From Chiloscyllium plagiosum (lineage: Eukaryota): DNA of 20,000 nucleotides. Positions 19,072 through 20,000 of the stretch are shown piece by piece. Location: positions 2,379,022-2,399,021 of the forward strand of contig NC_057754.1 of assembly GCF_004010195.1 (NCBI RefSeq), written 5' to 3'. The position numbers and the translations under genes were made by a program. The notes under the pieces are model-generated. The model ran no database searches. It was not told the DNA's origin and saw nothing but the letters and a program-made list of their open reading frames with translations. Each line of letters begins with the position of its first letter. Within the stretch, counting starts at the first letter, position 1.

Positions 19072-20000
19072 TAGGACATTGGTACAGGGAGAATGGGTTT
19101 GTGTTAATGTGTAATGTTTGGAAAGGGAGGTTGGGTTTGTGGTAATGAGTGATTTTGGAACAGGGAAGCTGAGTGTGTTAATGAGTGACATTGGTACAGG
19201 GAAGGTGAGTGTGTTAATAAGTGACATTGGTACAGGGAGGCTGAGTGTGTTAGGGAGTGACATTGGTACAGGGAGGTTGAGATTGTGTTAATGAGTGACA
19301 TTGGCACAGGGAGGCTGAGTGTGTTAATGAGTGACATTGGTACAGGGAGGCTAAGTGTGTTAATGAGAGACAAAGGGACAGGCAGGCTGAGTGTGTTAAT
19401 GAGCTTTATTCCTAATGAAGGGCTTTTGCCCGAAACGTCGATTTCGAAGCTCCTTGGATGTTGCCTGAATTGCTGTGCTCTTCCAGCACCACTAATCCAG
19501 AATCTGGTTTCCAGCATCTGCAGTCATTGTTTTTACCTCACTGGTACAGGAAAGCTGAGTGTGTTAATGAGTGACATTGGTACAGGGAGGTTGAGTTTGT
19601 GTCACTGAGTGATTTTGGAACAGGGAGGCTGAGCGTGTTAATGAGTGACATTGGTACAGGGAAGTTGAGTGTGTTAATGAGTGACATTGGTACAGGGAGG
19701 CTGAGTGTGTGTTAATGAGTGACATTGGTACAGGGAGGTTGAGTTTGTGTTAATGAGTGACATTGGTACAGGGAGGTTGAGTTTGTGTTAATGAGTGATT
19801 TTGGAACAGGGAGGCTGAGTGTGTTAATGAGTGACATTGGTACAGGGAAGGTGAGTGTGTTAATGAGTGACATTGGGACAGGGAGGCTGAGTGTGTTAGG
19901 GAGTGACATTGATCCAGGGAGGCTGAGTGTGTTAATGAGTGACATTGGTACAGGGAGGTTGAGTTTGTGTTAATGAGTGACATTGGTACAGGGAGGTTGA
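19072..20000. repeat. 36/38-bp minisatellite (TAATGAGTGACATTGGTACAGGGAGGCTGAGTGTGT), running off the window end
   Basis: About 20 well-conserved units. 38-bp variants end GAGTTTGTGT. The array explains the 12-aa periodic ORFs. Confidence 0.98.
19404..19538 (+). mobile_element. Solo Penelope-like pseudo-LTR with a near-intact hammerhead, inserted in the minisatellite
   Basis: ATTC-CTAATGA-A-GGGC(TTTT)GCCC-GAAA-CGTC-GATT (G5->A), with body homologous to 11867-11998. Confidence 0.9.

Noticed and set aside
19072..20000. CRISPR-like array or repetitive protein (12-aa periodic ORFs)
   Set aside because: Head-to-tail units with no unique spacers, no cas genes and a vertebrate context. The ORFs simply reflect the 36-bp period.

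Overview
Repeat-dominated vertebrate genomic DNA, most likely from a shark or other elasmobranch. This is inferred from tRNA-headed HE1-type SINEs paired with HER1/CR1-type LINEs that share their 3' tail. There is no intact multi-exon gene or intact transposon ORF, and bases 1532-2140 are an assembly gap. The window holds decayed CR1-clade LINEs (the best preserved at ~9.55-11.4 kb), an L2-like 3' end, several tRNA-derived SINEs, a probable Tigger-like MITE, three tandem-repeat arrays and one candidate minus-strand start-codon exon (1057-1211). The most notable signal is a dense set of Penelope-like element (PLE) pieces: GIY-YIG endonuclease remnants plus about ten pseudo-LTR copies. Each copy carries a minimal type I hammerhead ribozyme motif (CUGANGA-A-stem II-GAAA-palindromic helix III-NUH) with compensatory stem II changes. 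Two hammerheads are intact and sit in a near-perfect 231-bp-arm palindrome (5642-6147). That palindrome is nested, with a 12-bp TSD, inside an older inverted-repeat PLE insertion bounded by a perfect 20-bp TSD. Repeat family names come from motif recognition, not database searches.
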